Counted from the first letter of the stretch, positions 1-15,506 are shown. The stretch is DNA of 64,000 nt from the human T2T-CHM13v2.0 reference genome, Homo sapiens (GCF_009914755.1 NC_060935.1), one strand, 5' to 3'. The notes: generated by a model from the letters alone, not told the origin. Numbers and translations are program-made.

Positions 1-50
1 TCCAGGATCTAGAGCCATTTGACCCAGCAATCCCATTCCTGGGTATATAC
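1..50 (+). mobile_element. L1 ORF2 3' fragment
   Basis: ccatttgacccagcaatcccattcctgggtatatac is a typical L1 ORF2 C-terminal segment. Confidence 0.6.
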
Positions 51-169
51 TCCCTTTATGTTCTGTGGCTAGAACATAAAGGGCAAGGTGAAGAGTGTAC
101 TTTCATTTATTCATTCAACAAATATTTTTTGAGCATAGATATTTGCCAGATCTGGGCCAAGTACTTTGA

Positions 170-290
170 TGGGCTAACTCTTTTAATGCATCACAACAAC
201 TTTATGGGGTGAGTGGTATTATTATTCTCACTTCACAAAGGATAAGACTGAGAATCAAAAAAGCTTAAGTAATTTTACTCAAGACAGCTC
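170..290 (-). mobile_element. MIR fragment
   Basis: cacaacaac..tattattattctcacttcaca..ggataagactgag is a MIR core pattern. Confidence 0.55.
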
Positions 291-507
291 ATTCTACCTT
301 TGTATAGCTCTTCTTGAAAGTCCTTTCTTACACTGAGCTAAAAGTTTCTTACATGGAGCTCTAATTCCTACCCACTTACTTTTCTCACAAAATATGCCCC
401 CTTCTCCAATGATGATGATAATAGTAATGATGATGATGATCATCATCATCGCTTTGACAATCTGAGAAAGATAACATAAAAAAGCAAATGGATAACTAAT
501 ATACTTG

Positions 508-738
508 TAAAAGGACTGGAGGAAACGAGCTTCTTGCCCTTCCACCTCCAGCCATGTAAGGGTGCTGCCTTAAGGTGCCATCTTGAAAGCAGAGACTGGG
601 CCGTCACCAGACACCAAACCTGCCAGCATCCTCATCTTGGGCTTCCCAGCCTCCGTAACTGTGAGCGATACATTTGTGCTGTTTATATATTACCCAGTCT
701 CAGGTGTTTTGCTATAGCAGTGCTAGTGGACTAAGACA
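508..738 (+). mobile_element. MaLR LTR (MST family), 3' half
   Basis: aaggtgccatcttgaaagcagagactgggcc..ccagacaccaaacctgccagc..cttcccagcctcc..tacccagtctcaggt..ggactaagaca terminus. Confidence 0.85.
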
Positions 739-1004
739 AACCCAAAGGCTTATATTTAGGTCTTTTTCAACCCTCTCAGTTCTTTCAAGTTTTCCTATTT
801 CAAATACCATAAATTTGGCACAATTTCCTTAAACATCCTAAGCAGACGTATTTGCTTAACTGTCACTTTATAAGACTGAGCTGAAGAGTATAGTTTTGAA
901 GAATCCTGTTGAGAACAAGGAATACAACGTAAGGAAATTAAACAAAAAGCAGTTTTACGTTTTCCATTAAAGTGTCTGGCCTTTTATTTGGGGACAGGTA
1001 TCCT

Positions 1005-1690
<686 letters not shown>

Positions 1691-2370
1691 AGAATGAGTC
1701 TAATAAGTCTAATAAGAGTCTAATAAGAGGCCTTTTTTTGCAAAGTGGGCAGTGCCACTAGCCTAAACTCAGAGTCAACTTCCAGGCAAACAGCTCTCCT
1801 CATCCCTAAAAGCTTTTGGCTATGTACCAAAGGCCAAATTTGACTTATTTAAAATAATCTGTAGAGCACAGTGGTCAGAGAGGTACTTGCAGGAGCAGCA
1901 ATGCTGCCAGGGGCCTGGGGCTGGGCTGTCCGAGTTCCCATGTGCTAAGCCCACTTGAGCCACAGCCACGTCCGGGGATGAGACAGTTTTTGGTCCTACT
2001 ATGAGCAAGAAGAAAAAGAAGAATCCCTTTATGTTAGATGAGGAAGGGGATACACAAACAGAGAAAAACCAGCCGAAGAAGTGGAACCAGAACCAGCTGA
2101 GGACAACGATGTAGAAGCTGATGAAGACGACGGTAGGAAAAAAGACATTTCTGATGTTCTAGATGACTTGAACTTCTTTAATCAGAAGAAAAAGGAGAAA
2201 AAAAAGACATTTGATGCTGATAAAGCTGAAGAAGTTGTAAAGGATCTTAAGATTGAAAGTGATGTTCAAGAACCAGATGAACCAGAGGAGGACCTTGACA
2301 TTATGCTTGGCAATAAAAAGAAGAATGTCAAGATCCCAGATGAGGATGGAATACTAAAGACACAGCTCTA

Positions 2371-2731
<361 letters not shown>

Positions 2732-2964
2732 TCAGATAGGCCCTGATAGGTAGGTCAGAAAGAGACTGCACATATAAGGAGCTACTGGATCATATGTTCA
2801 ACATTATAAGGGGAAAGAATCCAGACACAGTTGCTTGAAAGAAAAGGAAATTCACCATGAAACCTCTACAGGTCGTCCAAGTAGGAACCAAGAAAACTCC
2901 TTTCATCAACTTTATGGATATCTGTAAACTATTACATCAACAGCCCAAATGTCTCCTTGCATTT

Positions 2965-3325
<361 letters not shown>

Positions 3326-4249
3326 TGAATTGGGTACAAGTGGTTCTACAGACGGTAATAACCAACTTGTAATCAAAGGAAGATTCCCATAGAAACAGAA
3401 AATGTCTTGAGGAGATATATCAAGGAATATGTCATTTAAGTTATGGGGCTCCACCCTTATGAACAGAGTAGTGCCTCATAAAAGGGCTGGAGGAAACTAG
3501 CCCTTGATACATCAAGGAATTGTCAAGGTGATGTCACACATGCCAATCACCAGACACAATCCTGCAGAAGGGCATCCGACTCTATTTCTTACAGTGTGAA
3601 AGTTGTCCTTCTCAATGTTCTGTTGCCAGTATCAACACCAGGCTGTCACGGGCAAATAAGCACAGCTCCATGCCAAAGCTAACCAATTTGCTAATCACTA
3701 ATTTTGCAAATTGTGTTGTGGAGATTTGGCTGGATAAGTTTGCCATCAGAGTGGATCTACCATTGTATTAAAAACGAGATTAAAAAGCTGCCAAGTTCTT
3801 TGGTGAGTAGTTGGTTGGTCTGAAATCCTTGCAAGATGGCAATGCTCAAGCTGGTGATATATCCATTGCCTACTTTAACAACTGTCAGAGAAATGCGACA
3901 TGGGGTAAGGAGATGCCTTTTAAAAATCATTCATAGACTTCTGTAAAATGCAAGATAAAGTTTTAACAGATTTTTTCAAAAAATAAAAACTAAAACAAAT
4001 AAAAGAACTTCTAAAAGAATGACATTTACAATTTTAAAAATAGCTCTGGTTAACAGGTATGTAGTGGCATCTCCTATTTCTATATAGACTTGGGGAAATT
4101 CTTGATTAACTTGTTGCTATTTTAATAGCTGACAACCTAATGTTCAACTCAAAACATGGAAATTTTGAAGTCCCAGTCAGATACACATGGAGTCTGCTCA
4201 ATTAACTCTAATGTGAACCAGTGGCAACTGTGTGACTTCTTAAGGAACA

Positions 4250-4510
4250 GTGTAATGTAGAAAAACAAACATGGGATTTGTAGTCAGGCCATGATAGAAA
4301 GCTGGCTTTATCACTTAGTAACTAAAACAAAGCTGGATGAGCTTTGGCAAGTGATTGAACACAGTGACCTTCAGTTTCCTTCACAGTAAAAAAGGGGCTA
4401 TAAAAACTACTTCACAGGGTTGTTGTGAGGATTTAACCAGGTAATTTATTTAAAGTGCCTCATTTAGTACTTGGAACAGAATGAAGTGGGCACTTCAAAA
4501 GTGATGAATA
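4250..4510 (+). mobile_element. MIR
   Basis: tttggcaagtgattgaac..cttcagtttccttca..gtaaaa..ctacttcacagggttgttgtgaggatttaa core. Confidence 0.75.
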
Positions 4511-4845
4511 CTGAAAATTTTTTATTACCATCAACAACAACATAACAATAATAAGACAAATTAAGAACAACAGATGATGCTTTATTTTGTGCTGGAGAGT
4601 TTTTTTAATATTTAAAAAATTTTGTTGCTGTTGATTTTTAAGACTTTCATAAAGCACATTGGTAATAGAGCAAAAAATCCTATCTCTTCTCAGCATCCTA
4701 TCTTTCAAGGCATAGGAAAACATGACAGGTAGCACTGTTGTATTCTATGTTGTTATATTGTCCAGCATTTCCCTGGTTCTGTTTTTTCAGATATTCTACA
4801 AATGTTCCACCAACTGAAGTTTATCTTTGGACAGCAAAAACTCAC

Positions 4846-5033
4846 CTGAAAACAATGTTTGTGTGTGAACTAATGTTTTTGCCTCCATACATAGTAGTGA
4901 TCCAGGAGGGCCTTGGTCTCACACCCCACTGTTGAAAACAGTCATCAGAAAGTTCCTTTAAGTTCCATGAGTGAGGTTCAAACATGTCATCGACACCATT
5001 AGTACAAAAGGGCATGACTACTTCTGTGCAGGC
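4846..5033 (-). CDS. PRCP: PRCP exon 8 (188 nt): ACTEVVMPFCTNGVDDMFEPHSWNLKELSDDCFQQWGVRPRPSWITTMYGGKNISSHTNIVF(S)
   Basis: Completes the WSYQ-ACTE S28 motif with exon 7; ag|GCC start, AG|gtgagt end; phase 0/2. The last exon (catalytic Asp/His) is not in the window. Confidence 0.98.
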
Positions 5034-5719
5034 CTAAGAAGCAAACCAAGAGAGAATCCAATTAGAAAAATGAGGCAAAAAGAGGTTAAATAAATTACAC
5101 AAAGTCATAATGCTGGTAAGTAGTGAAGGCAGGGTTTGAACTCAGGCAAGGCAGCTTCAACGCCCTGTTCTTTACTTCTGCGCCATATAATCTCTCATTA
5201 TTCTTAAAAAGACTTGGCCAAGAAGTCACGGAAGTCAGGATTATGTCCCTTCATAGCAAACTGCTTGATTTCACATTTATTATCACATTTAACCCTCAAA
5301 ACAACTCTGCAAGGAAAGTTTATTATTATTAGTCTCATTGTGCAGATGAAGGACAAATTAGACTCCCTTTCTTTTATATGTCTATAAAATGCTTCCTTTG
5401 TAGGACTTATCAAGATCTATTGAAATACTACTTACTTACTTTTTTACTACACTAGATTTGATCATGTACCATTTATCTTTGTATCTTTGAAACCTAGAGG
5501 AGTGCCTGACACATGTAAGAACTCAATATCTATTTGGTGATTATTAAATGAACAAATGAATGAACAAGAAAACTTGTCCATAGTATCACAGCATAAGGTA
5601 ACAGAGCCCAAAACTGGATCCAGGTTAGGTGACAAAATCTTGTGTACCCTGATTTTTTTTTACAGCACAACTGTGTCAGTGAAAAGTAAGTTCCACTTGG
5701 GGAAATTATACATATTTAC

Positions 5720-5884
5720 CTGATAGCTCCAACCCAGTGTTCCCAGACTGCTAGTTGCTGTCTCTGAAATATTCAGGCATTTCACCTGGCCCGAATAATT
5801 GTAATATACATTCAGAGCTTGGAAAATATTCTGCAGCAGCAGTGAATCAGATACATTGGGATTTTTCAAATACTGGCACACTAC
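5720..5884 (-). CDS. PRCP: PRCP exon 7 (165 nt): VVCQYLKNPNVSDSLLLQNIFQALNVYYNYSGQVKCLNISETATSSLGTLGWSYQ
   Basis: Overlaps ORF 5660..5881; ag|GTA start, CAG|gtaaat end; phase 0/0. Confidence 0.98.
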
Positions 5885-6049
5885 CTGTCATTTTAGAAAG
5901 ATAAATGGGGAAAGAGTCAGAATATGAATATAAAATGACAGTTTAATAACACAAAGAAGAAATATGATTTTGATCTGATCATAAAATATTCTTAAGCTAC
6001 TAACTGCAGTGTTTAATTTCTCTCTTGGGTTTAATCCCCTCCATAAATG

Positions 6050-6505
6050 AATAAACCTCTTCAATTACTCCTTAGGCTATAGAAATAAACCGAAGTCATT
6101 TGCATGGTATGCAAAGTCCTCTCCATCTACCATCTTAGCTTCCTCTTTGCTGCCTTTGCTCCAGCCTAGGAAAACCATTCCCCACCACACCAGGCTCCTT
6201 CCCCTTTGCCCTTTCTCACCCTGAAACACTGTTTTCCAACTCCTCTCCCACTCCACTAATGCCTTTGAACACCAACTCATCTTTTACAACACTCAACTCA
6301 AATATTACCTCCTCTTCAAGGCCATCCTTGCCTATGTTTCCAAGTTGGGAAGAATTAAACCTCTCCCTTCTTGGTGCCTCCATTATACCCTGTACCTATT
6401 TTTATCACAGCCCCTGTAATGCTCTACTTCACTCACTTGATTTCAGAATGTCTCCCTCAGTACTTAGCAAGGTATCTGGTAAGTAAATGTTTGCTGAATG
6501 AATTA
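6050..6505 (+). mobile_element. L2 3' portion
   Basis: Pyrimidine-rich L2 body ending in taaatgtttgctgaatgaat. Confidence 0.65.
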
Positions 6506-6679
6506 CTATACTTTTATAAAAATGCAAAATTTATAAAATCTCGTATGGAAAAACTATACCAAGTTCCAGCATCTGTCGTGTGATAAAAAGCATATGCTGC
6601 AACTCCCCAGCTCCCAAATATTCCTATCACTATCCTATAAAAAATGCCTGGAATCCTAGCTATAAAAATCAGACAATAT

Positions 6680-7110
6680 TCAGGGTTAGGAGTAAAGGTG
6701 AGGACTGACTAAACAGAGCCAGTGCAAACTTTCTTGGGTACAGAAATATTCTATATCTTAATAGGGTTACATGAAAAATGATATAATTTGTGTATTTCAT
6801 GGTATCTAGATTTCACCCCTCCACCACCAGAAGAAGAACCATACACAAATATTGAACTCTTGTTAATGATAATAAAGCTGAAGTATTTAAGAGGAAGATG
6901 TCTGCAATTTACTTTAAAATTCATTTTAAAATAGGATAAATTAAAAGATAGATGAAGTGATGGATAGGTGAATATATATGTGACAAATCAAATATAATAA
7001 AATATTATTTATTGAATTTAGATGTTAGGTTCATGAGTGTTCATTGTCCAATTATTTTAACTTTTCCATATGTTTCAAACTTTTCATAATAAAATGTTGG
7101 AGAAAAATAA
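6680..7110 (+). mobile_element. Old L1M (MC/ME) 3' end
   Basis: gatgtctgcaatttactttaaaat...gtgttcattgt..ttttaacttttcc.tatgttt.aaacttttcataataaaatgttgg. Confidence 0.65.
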
Positions 7111-9487
7111 CAGGCAATGGAATCATAGCTGAATAATACTAACAACAACAACAGCTAGTAATTATTAAGCCTTGGGTTTCCAACCAATACACCATGTAAT
7201 CTTCAAAGAACCCTATCAGATAGATGATTGTCCATTATTTTACATGAAAAAAAAAACCTGATTCTTAGGTTAAGTCATCTTCAAGGTCACTCAGTTGGTA
7301 AATAATAGGGCCTAGATTTGTTCCCAGCTGTCTCTGGTTATGAAATATACATCTTATCCATTATGACACACAGCTTAGGAAGTGTCCACCTGTAAAACTA
7401 CAAATAGTCCCAGTGGCAAGGCAAACCCAGTAAGCTTGAATCTCTATTGACTCTGACATGAATTCAGTAATCTGGTCCTTTTCCATTTCATACGGAAAAG
7501 ATTATATATATAATAGACTAGTCCTGACAAAAAAAAGACTAGTCCAGAGAAGAAGCCAGGAAAGGAGCCCAGTCACCCCACCTCAGGGAGAGAGATTCTG
7601 GGCAGCAGGAATAACAGGGCCTGGGCTGGGGACATGCTCCCAGTCAGGAAAGGAGGGTACTGAGAAAGGATGCAACCAAACCCAGCCCCTCATCACAGTT
7701 CTGCCTGGCACCAGCTGCCAGCGGGGGAAAAAAAAAAAAAGGAAAACTGTAAAAGAGAAAATGAATTTTCAGGAAAATTCAATGCCTCTCCCCAAATATA
7801 TTCTGCACCACAATATTTCCATGGAATGTTTATTGGTACTTTGTGGAAAAATGTTTCCTAGCCAGATAGTTTTGAGAAACTGTATATTAGCAAATGTGAA
7901 CAGTTTTCCTGACTGGTTGTTATTATTATATAATCTCAGATGATTTCTCAGAACCTTTAACATGCTCAAATGTAATATGACTTTCCAAAGGAAGATGGAG
8001 TGTGCATCATTGCCAAAAGTTTTCAGAACTGCTGAATGTGAGAAAAGTCAGAAATTAAGATGTTCAAATAATTGGATATATCTTTCAAAAGTAACTGTGA
8101 GGTCATAAGAATAAGGAATACCAGGGTTTAGGATGTACATGAAGAGAGAATTGAGCTAAACTGAGAGCTAATTAAAAGTCAAAATAGTGTTTATTTTGGC
8201 AACTCTCGATTTTTCATGGTAAGTCAAAAAAATACCTAACATTTGCATGGCACTTTTCTCAGAAAACATTCCTAGGAAATATGTCAATAAGAAATAACTC
8301 AAGACAATATGGAAATCAAGAAACAATCATAAGATATATTAAACCATCTATTGCCAACAGTTGATCAGCATTCTTTCCTGAACCTGGACATAGATTCAGC
8401 TCTTTCAAAATGCAGCACATAACTACAAAGTAGACACATGGAATGCAGAGAAGCGCCTTATGTTCAAGGACAGCATGGTAGATGGGGAAGGGCGACAATG
8501 CAAGCTGGGCAGGGGGAGAGGAGGTAGTGATGTGCAGCAACAAGTGGCCCAAAACTCTGGAAAAGAACAGTAGCAAGTGAGTGTGACTCACATGCTGGCA
8601 TCAGAGCCCCTCTTAGAGCTTAGAACACTGGGCCTCTGTCAGGCAAAGAAAAGGAGTCCCTATGAATAGCCATCTCCACAAATAGCAGTTACTGTCACTT
8701 CTTAAAAGACACAAGCATGGCTGGAGACCGGCACTGGCTGACAATACTTGGGTTTCAGCAGCCCCAGTTACACAGAGAGAACATCATGGTCAGAGACTTG
8801 GCCTCTGTATGATGGAATTCCAAGTCCAGATTAAGGGCACTCCCCAGGCACTGTGCTCTGTGAGGTCAGATCACCCTTGGAGTACTGGATCCAGCTTTGT
8901 ACACAACTTACGAAGGGCACCGACCAACATTAGAAAATCTAGAAGAGAGCAATCGGGATGGGGAGCTGAAAAACAGCTGAAGCAACCCTAAAATTGGGTC
9001 ATTCCCCACCTTTCATCATTACAAATAAGGCTACAATAAATACCCTTGGGGCTAAATCTTTCTTATATTCTTAATTGTTTTCTTGGGATAAATTCTTAAA
9101 TTACTGGCTCAAAAGAGATCAACATGTTTAAGGCCCTTGGTACATCCTGTCAAACTGCCTTATAGAAAGGAAGTGCTGATTTTTAATTCTACTACTATGC
9201 TAGATAGAAAGCCTGAAAAAATGTCACTTAAAATTTTTTTGCAAAATATTTGCAAATTTAATATGGAAATTTTATTTTAGGTAAGTCTAAATTTCCTTTC
9301 TAACTCAAAGATTTTGTGAGTCCAAGCATCATCCTCTACCATTAAAAAACAGAATCTCTAATATCTCTTTGCACTTCCTTAACAATTTTGGTAGCAGAGT
9401 GAATGAAGTTTCAAAAAAATACTGAAGTCATATTAGCCAGACCTCAGCACTATTCCTATGCTTATTTAAAGACTAGAGTAACTCAAT

Positions 9488-9781
9488 GCCAGGCACAGTG
9501 GTTCATGCCTGTAATCCCAGCACTTTGGGAGGCCCAGGCAGTAGGACCACTTGAGGCCAGGAGTGCAAGACCAGCCTGGGCAATATATCAAGTCCTCATC
9601 TTTACAAAACATTAAAACTTAACCAGGTGTGATGGCACGTGCCTATAGTCTCAGCTACTCAGGAAGCTGAGGTGGGAGGATTGCTTCAGTCAGGAGTTCC
9701 AGGCTCCAGTGCTATGATCACACCACTGCACTCTAGCTTGGGTGACAGAGTGAGACTCCATCTCTTAAAAAAAAAAAAAAA
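9488..9781 (+). mobile_element. AluJ
   Basis: Dimer with gaggattgctt and gctatgatcacaccactgcactc; poly(A). Confidence 0.9.
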
Positions 9782-9853
9782 GACGAGTAGTTTAAAAGGA
9801 GATATTCACATACTTTTATCAAATAACTGTAGGATGCATAAAATACATAAATA

Positions 9854-9929
9854 TTAAATTGAACCATATGAAATTCTCACATTTATAAGTCAAAAACAGT
9901 CAAATATCAACAATTTTGTCTTAACCTCA
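9854..9929. mobile_element. MADE2-like mariner MITE
   Basis: ttaaattgaaccatatgaaatt..gtcaaaaacagtcaaatatc..caattt..ttaacct matches the recalled ~80-bp MADE2 consensus. Confidence 0.65.
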
Positions 9930-10358
9930 TATAATACTTTAGCTTAACCCTGATAATGTGCAGATATTACTGACGTGACAAAAGCAAGCACTTGGCCTGT
10001 TGATTGTTTACATAGAGGCTGTGATATAATCAGACAACCATCTCTGTCCAAAATACTCAACACCCAGGTATCCCTGAACTTACTTTCTATTTATTTTGTG
10101 AGCCCTAGCAAACGGCTTCTTCTAAACAATTTCTACATAAGGCGTGTCATTCCTACACATACTGTAAATGCGCTGAAATGTGAATAGCTGGGACTGAGGT
10201 TGCTAGTACAACTACTGAATATTCTTTGATGGCAGGGCAGGTTCTTTCCTCACAATAACCAAGAGAGCACCATATAATGATCATTCCCATTTCACAGAAG
10301 AGAAAACAAGCTCAGAGGTCTGGCTACAGATACACAATTTAAAAACCATGAATGCAAG

Positions 10359-10465
10359 AAGCGTATGATTGGGTTTTCATGCTCACGTGTGAAATGGACC
10401 ACCCTCAAACCTGGTTATGCTATCAGCACATTACCTGTCTGATGTGGGAAAAAAAAAAAAAAAAA
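10359..10465 (+). pseudogene. U13 (SNORD13) box C/D snoRNA retrocopy with poly(A) tail
   Basis: gcgtatgattgggttttcatgctcacgtgtgaaatggaccaccctcaaacctggttatgctatcagcacattacctgtctga aligns with the recalled U13 sequence; box D CTGA at 10439-10442, damaged box C, A17 tail, degenerate TSD (accatgaat / actatgaat). Confidence 0.85.
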
Positions 10466-10757
10466 GCACTATGAATATAGGTCTCAACCCAGACGTCAAC
10501 CACAAAGTCCTGGTATAATCATCTGGTTTCCCAATATTACATAATAATAATAGCTATTATTATTTATAACTAGCATCAATTTAGTGCTTTTACTTTATAC
10601 CAGATGCTATGAAATACTCATAACAACCCTAATAAGCATTACAATTGTTATTATACACATTTTGCAAATGAGGAAACTACAGCACAGAGAGGTTAAGAAA
10701 CTTGCCCAAAACCACACAGCAAGGAAGTGGCAGAACTGGGATTCAAATACAGACTCT

Positions 10758-11299
<542 letters not shown>

Positions 11300-13373
11300 C
11301 TAAAAGCTAAAAGAAAAATAACAACACAAACAATGCTTAAATACACCTGCTGTCTCATGCTTAATTTTTTAAAACAATTTTCCTAATTCTTAGATCATCT
11401 TTATATTTTTCTAGGTTTATTTGTTTTGGCAAAAACTTAGAATGAATTTTGTGGCAATATGAAATCATAAAACATTAAAAGTATGTAATAGTAAAAAAAA
11501 AAAAAACAACTGTAAAATAGTAGAGTGATACGGCATTTCCTAGAATAAAGATGAACATTCAGGAAACAGAAAGAGCATTAGAAAGTCCATTTTACTCATT
11601 CCAGTTTTAAAGTGTATAGAAATAGTTGAGAAAATAGAACATTCATGCAACCTTACTACCAAACTAATCAGATCTGCAACCAAGTATTTCAGTTCTGCCC
11701 TTTAATCCCACATGCACCAGACAAAGTAAAGATAATGATTTGTTTAAAAGTTTTAAGTGTTCCTACCTATGAGAGTACACATTTAAATAAGAGAAGGAAA
11801 AGGGGGTCAAAGAAAATTTTTTAACAGAGGAAGGAAAGAAGATATGTTGGGGGAAAAAAAAAAGACCAATCTCCTCTCAGAGCATGGTCCATCCACATTA
11901 GAGAAAGGATTAAGCAGATACATTCAGCTTTTCTAACAGATTTTCTTTCTCTAAGGCTTCAATACCCCTCTCACACTCACTCAGATAATCACATTAGTTT
12001 TGTCATTAAAAGCTCCCTTTTCATAGAATGCACCTAAACCGCTTAAACCACCCAGAGAGGTCGCATACATTACCAAACACCAAGACAAACGGAAGAGATT
12101 TTTCCATCTTATGTCATTATTTCACTATATCTATCTACATGCACAGCAGCCTATGCTGAAATATTTGAGAAGTTATCAGCTGAAATGTGATTCCAAAATT
12201 AACAAATTACAGCATCCTTTAAAGTTGCTCTTTAAGCTGGGAAGAAACCTAGTAGTTTTCATGCTGACAGAACAGTCAAATGACAGAGGGGTTTTCTGTT
12301 TCCCTTTTCTCTTCTTCCTTGTGTTCTACCAGCCAAGTCCATGATTATTTCTGCATGAATGTTGCAGCTTCTGTTAACAGTAAACAAAAGCAAATGGAGT
12401 CTGAGTGTGCAAAGCCCAAAGACAAATTAAAAGGAACGATACTTGAATTGACACGGAAAATGGCATTTAGTCGCTGCCCATGGATCCTTCAGAACTGTAC
12501 AAGGTCCCAGACAGAATTGGAAATCACCTGCTTTTTTTCATAACCTAACTGTTACATATTATCTCACCATCCTAAGCCTGAGTTACAGACTCAGAAAAGG
12601 ACGCCTGTTTGTCAGCCCTTTAAAAAGGAGGAAGTGTATCAGAGGGAGGAGGAGTTCTGGTTAAATGGAACTATCCAAGTGAAAGAGCAGTCCCCAACTG
12701 GGTAGTGTTCCAGGGATTAGTGGGTTGGGAGAACACAGAGGGGGGTCAAAAAAAGGAGAAATAGAATGAACAGTGAAAGAAAGTGATCTGAAGCTACAAG
12801 TTTGGGAGGGAGACGTAGTGGAAAAATTCTGAAAATCAGATGGGTAACTAACTATAGGATGAAATTGGAAACAGAGGCAATGGAATTTCTCAAGCAGGGG
12901 GCAAGAGATAAGATTACTTCTGGTGGGGTGCAGGCTGGAAACAGAATCATAAATACCAGCAATCAAGAATTCCTTGATCTGTCAAAAGAAAGGATAATGT
13001 CAGTAAGAAATAACTGAAGAGAATGACAAGAATTAATCCTGGATAAAAGAAGTAAAGGGTGACTGTGAGGGAAAGACCTAAAGATATCTTACCTTAAAAA
13101 TAAACTTTTATAATGCATATATATAAAGCATAAAAGGATTGCAGTAAATCAAAACTAGATGACAAAATATTTGAGGTATACTCTGCTGGTTTTGAGTAAT
13201 TATTTAGAAGAACAAAGGATAAAATATTTATTCACATGTAAGACTGAACAGCAAAATATCCCAAAATGAACATTAAAGAGGTAGGGAGAAAACCAGTTAG
13301 ACTGCTCACTATTCCAAATTGTGGTACACCAACTAACATTCAACAGCTATATTTCTCCAGCCTTTTTCTAGAT

Positions 13374-13590
13374 AAGTGGTTAGCAAAGTACAAACCCCAG
13401 GCCAAATCCAGCCCACTGCCTATTTTTACAAATAAGTTATTATTGGAGACAGCCATCCTCAATTGTTTATGTATTACCTATGGCTACTTTCATGCTACAA
13501 CTGCAGAGTTGAGTAATTGTGACAGAAACTATATGGCTCGCAAAGCCTAAAAATATAGCCCTTTGAATGCAGAAAGTTTCTCAACCTCTG
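13374..13590 (+). mobile_element. MER58A (hAT-Charlie)
   Basis: ggccaaatccagcccactgcctattttta.aaataa..tatggctactttcatgctacaac.gcagagttgagta; 8-bp TSD ttctagat / ttctaaat. Confidence 0.85.
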
Positions 13591-14059
13591 TTCTAAATAA
13601 TGAGAGAATTCCCCATATGTTTTTATCATCTGACAACTCATTCATTCTTCAAGTGAGAATAAAGATACAAATGTAATTCTCACCTTGTACACAGATAGAT
13701 ATAGAGTTAAATCTGATAGATGTCACCCTGTGAGCAATGGTCCCCTCAATCCTCAGTCAAGTTTCCTCCTAACCCAGTGCAATGCAGTAGATGATCAGAG
13801 GCTCTGAACAGTGAAGACCCAAGTTCAAATCCTACTTCTACCACCTCTTAGTTGAGCTTTAATTTCTTCTCCATAAATCTTGGATTATACCTCTTTTTCT
13901 ACACAGTACTTTTAAAAGAATTTAGTGAGACAGCATACATGAAAGCGCTTTGTAAATAGTAAAGTAATATGGACAGATAAAGCATTATTAGCACATAGAT
14001 GTTTATGGAGATGAACTAGTTTAGATTTAGTTTTTCCCTATCATTTTGATCCAGGTTTT

Positions 14060-14373
<314 letters not shown>

Positions 14374-15506
14374 TAAAACATGATCTGCTCTTTTCAACAA
14401 CTTTGTATTGTTGAAATTCATTCTAATTCAATATATACTTACCTCTGGCCTGCTATATGCAATACACTCACTGGTCATTCTACTTTTTAAATGAAGAAAA
14501 ATAATAGCAAATGAACTTGTTTAAGTTACAAATTTTTAAGCAAGGTATACATGTAATAATTCAAAGGGGTGGTTAAATTAAAAGTGCATTTGAAACCCGG
14601 CTCTATATCGCCAATTCTATTTTCACTTCCAACACTCATTCTAGCTGAAGAGTTGGTTATATTCTCTAAATTTAACCATCAAGTTGGCCAGCCTTTGTTT
14701 TTAAAACTAAAAGGAAAGCTCTTTACAAAGAAATGCTTAAAATGAACATACACAATAAATAATTTTGACATGAAAAGAACCTTAAAATTTATACTGTAAT
14801 GTGTCCTTATACTTTCCAAAGTGTTTCACATCCAACATTTTATTAGATCCTCAGCACAACCCTATTTGGTATGTAAGTACTGTTATTCCCTTCTACAGAG
14901 GAAGACGGGATGGGGAAAGAAAAGCACCTTGCCTAAGATCACACAGTTGGTAAGTGAAGCAGCAGTTCTGGACCAAAACCTCACTTTCAGAATCTAATTT
15001 GATGTTCTTTCCACTCTACTGTGCTGCATGGGGTCACTCTTCACACTGAGGGTAGCACCTACAATGCTTTCGCAGCTGACTAGATCATGGTGCTATGATA
15101 ATGACTGCCATTTATTAAGCATCAACCATGTATTACATAGATGGAAGTTACACATATATCACAAAGATTAAATACATTATACATGCAAAGTACACAGCCC
15201 AGGATTTGGCACATAGTAATTATTCCATTAACAGCAACTTTAGGTATTATTTCTAATTCGTACAACTCTATAATCAATGAATTCTATCTCCATTTTTCAA
15301 ATGAGGAAACTGAGGCTCAGAAAAGCTAGGTAACATGTCCAAGCCCACATAATCAGAAAGTAGCAGAACCCAGGATTCCAGCTCAAGTTTGACAAACTCT
15401 GGAGCCCCTTTGTCACTGGGACTTTCTCTGAGGCAGAAAGTCAGAGTATGCACATTAAAAAAAAAGTGTGTTATTAAAAAATGATGACAGGACATTTTCC
15501 TATTAC

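Noticed and set aside
1696-1730. Repeated gtctaataa units as a CRISPR-like array
   Set aside because: Three 9-11 nt slippage copies with no spacers, in a eukaryotic intron.
7458-7943. 161-aa plus-strand ORF
   Set aside because: No recognisable domain; runs through an A-homopolymer and probable old DNA-transposon sequence.
8316-8591. 91-aa ATG ORF on the PRCP sense strand in non-repeat sequence
   Set aside because: No homology I recognise and no convincing splice-site pair; compatible with chance.
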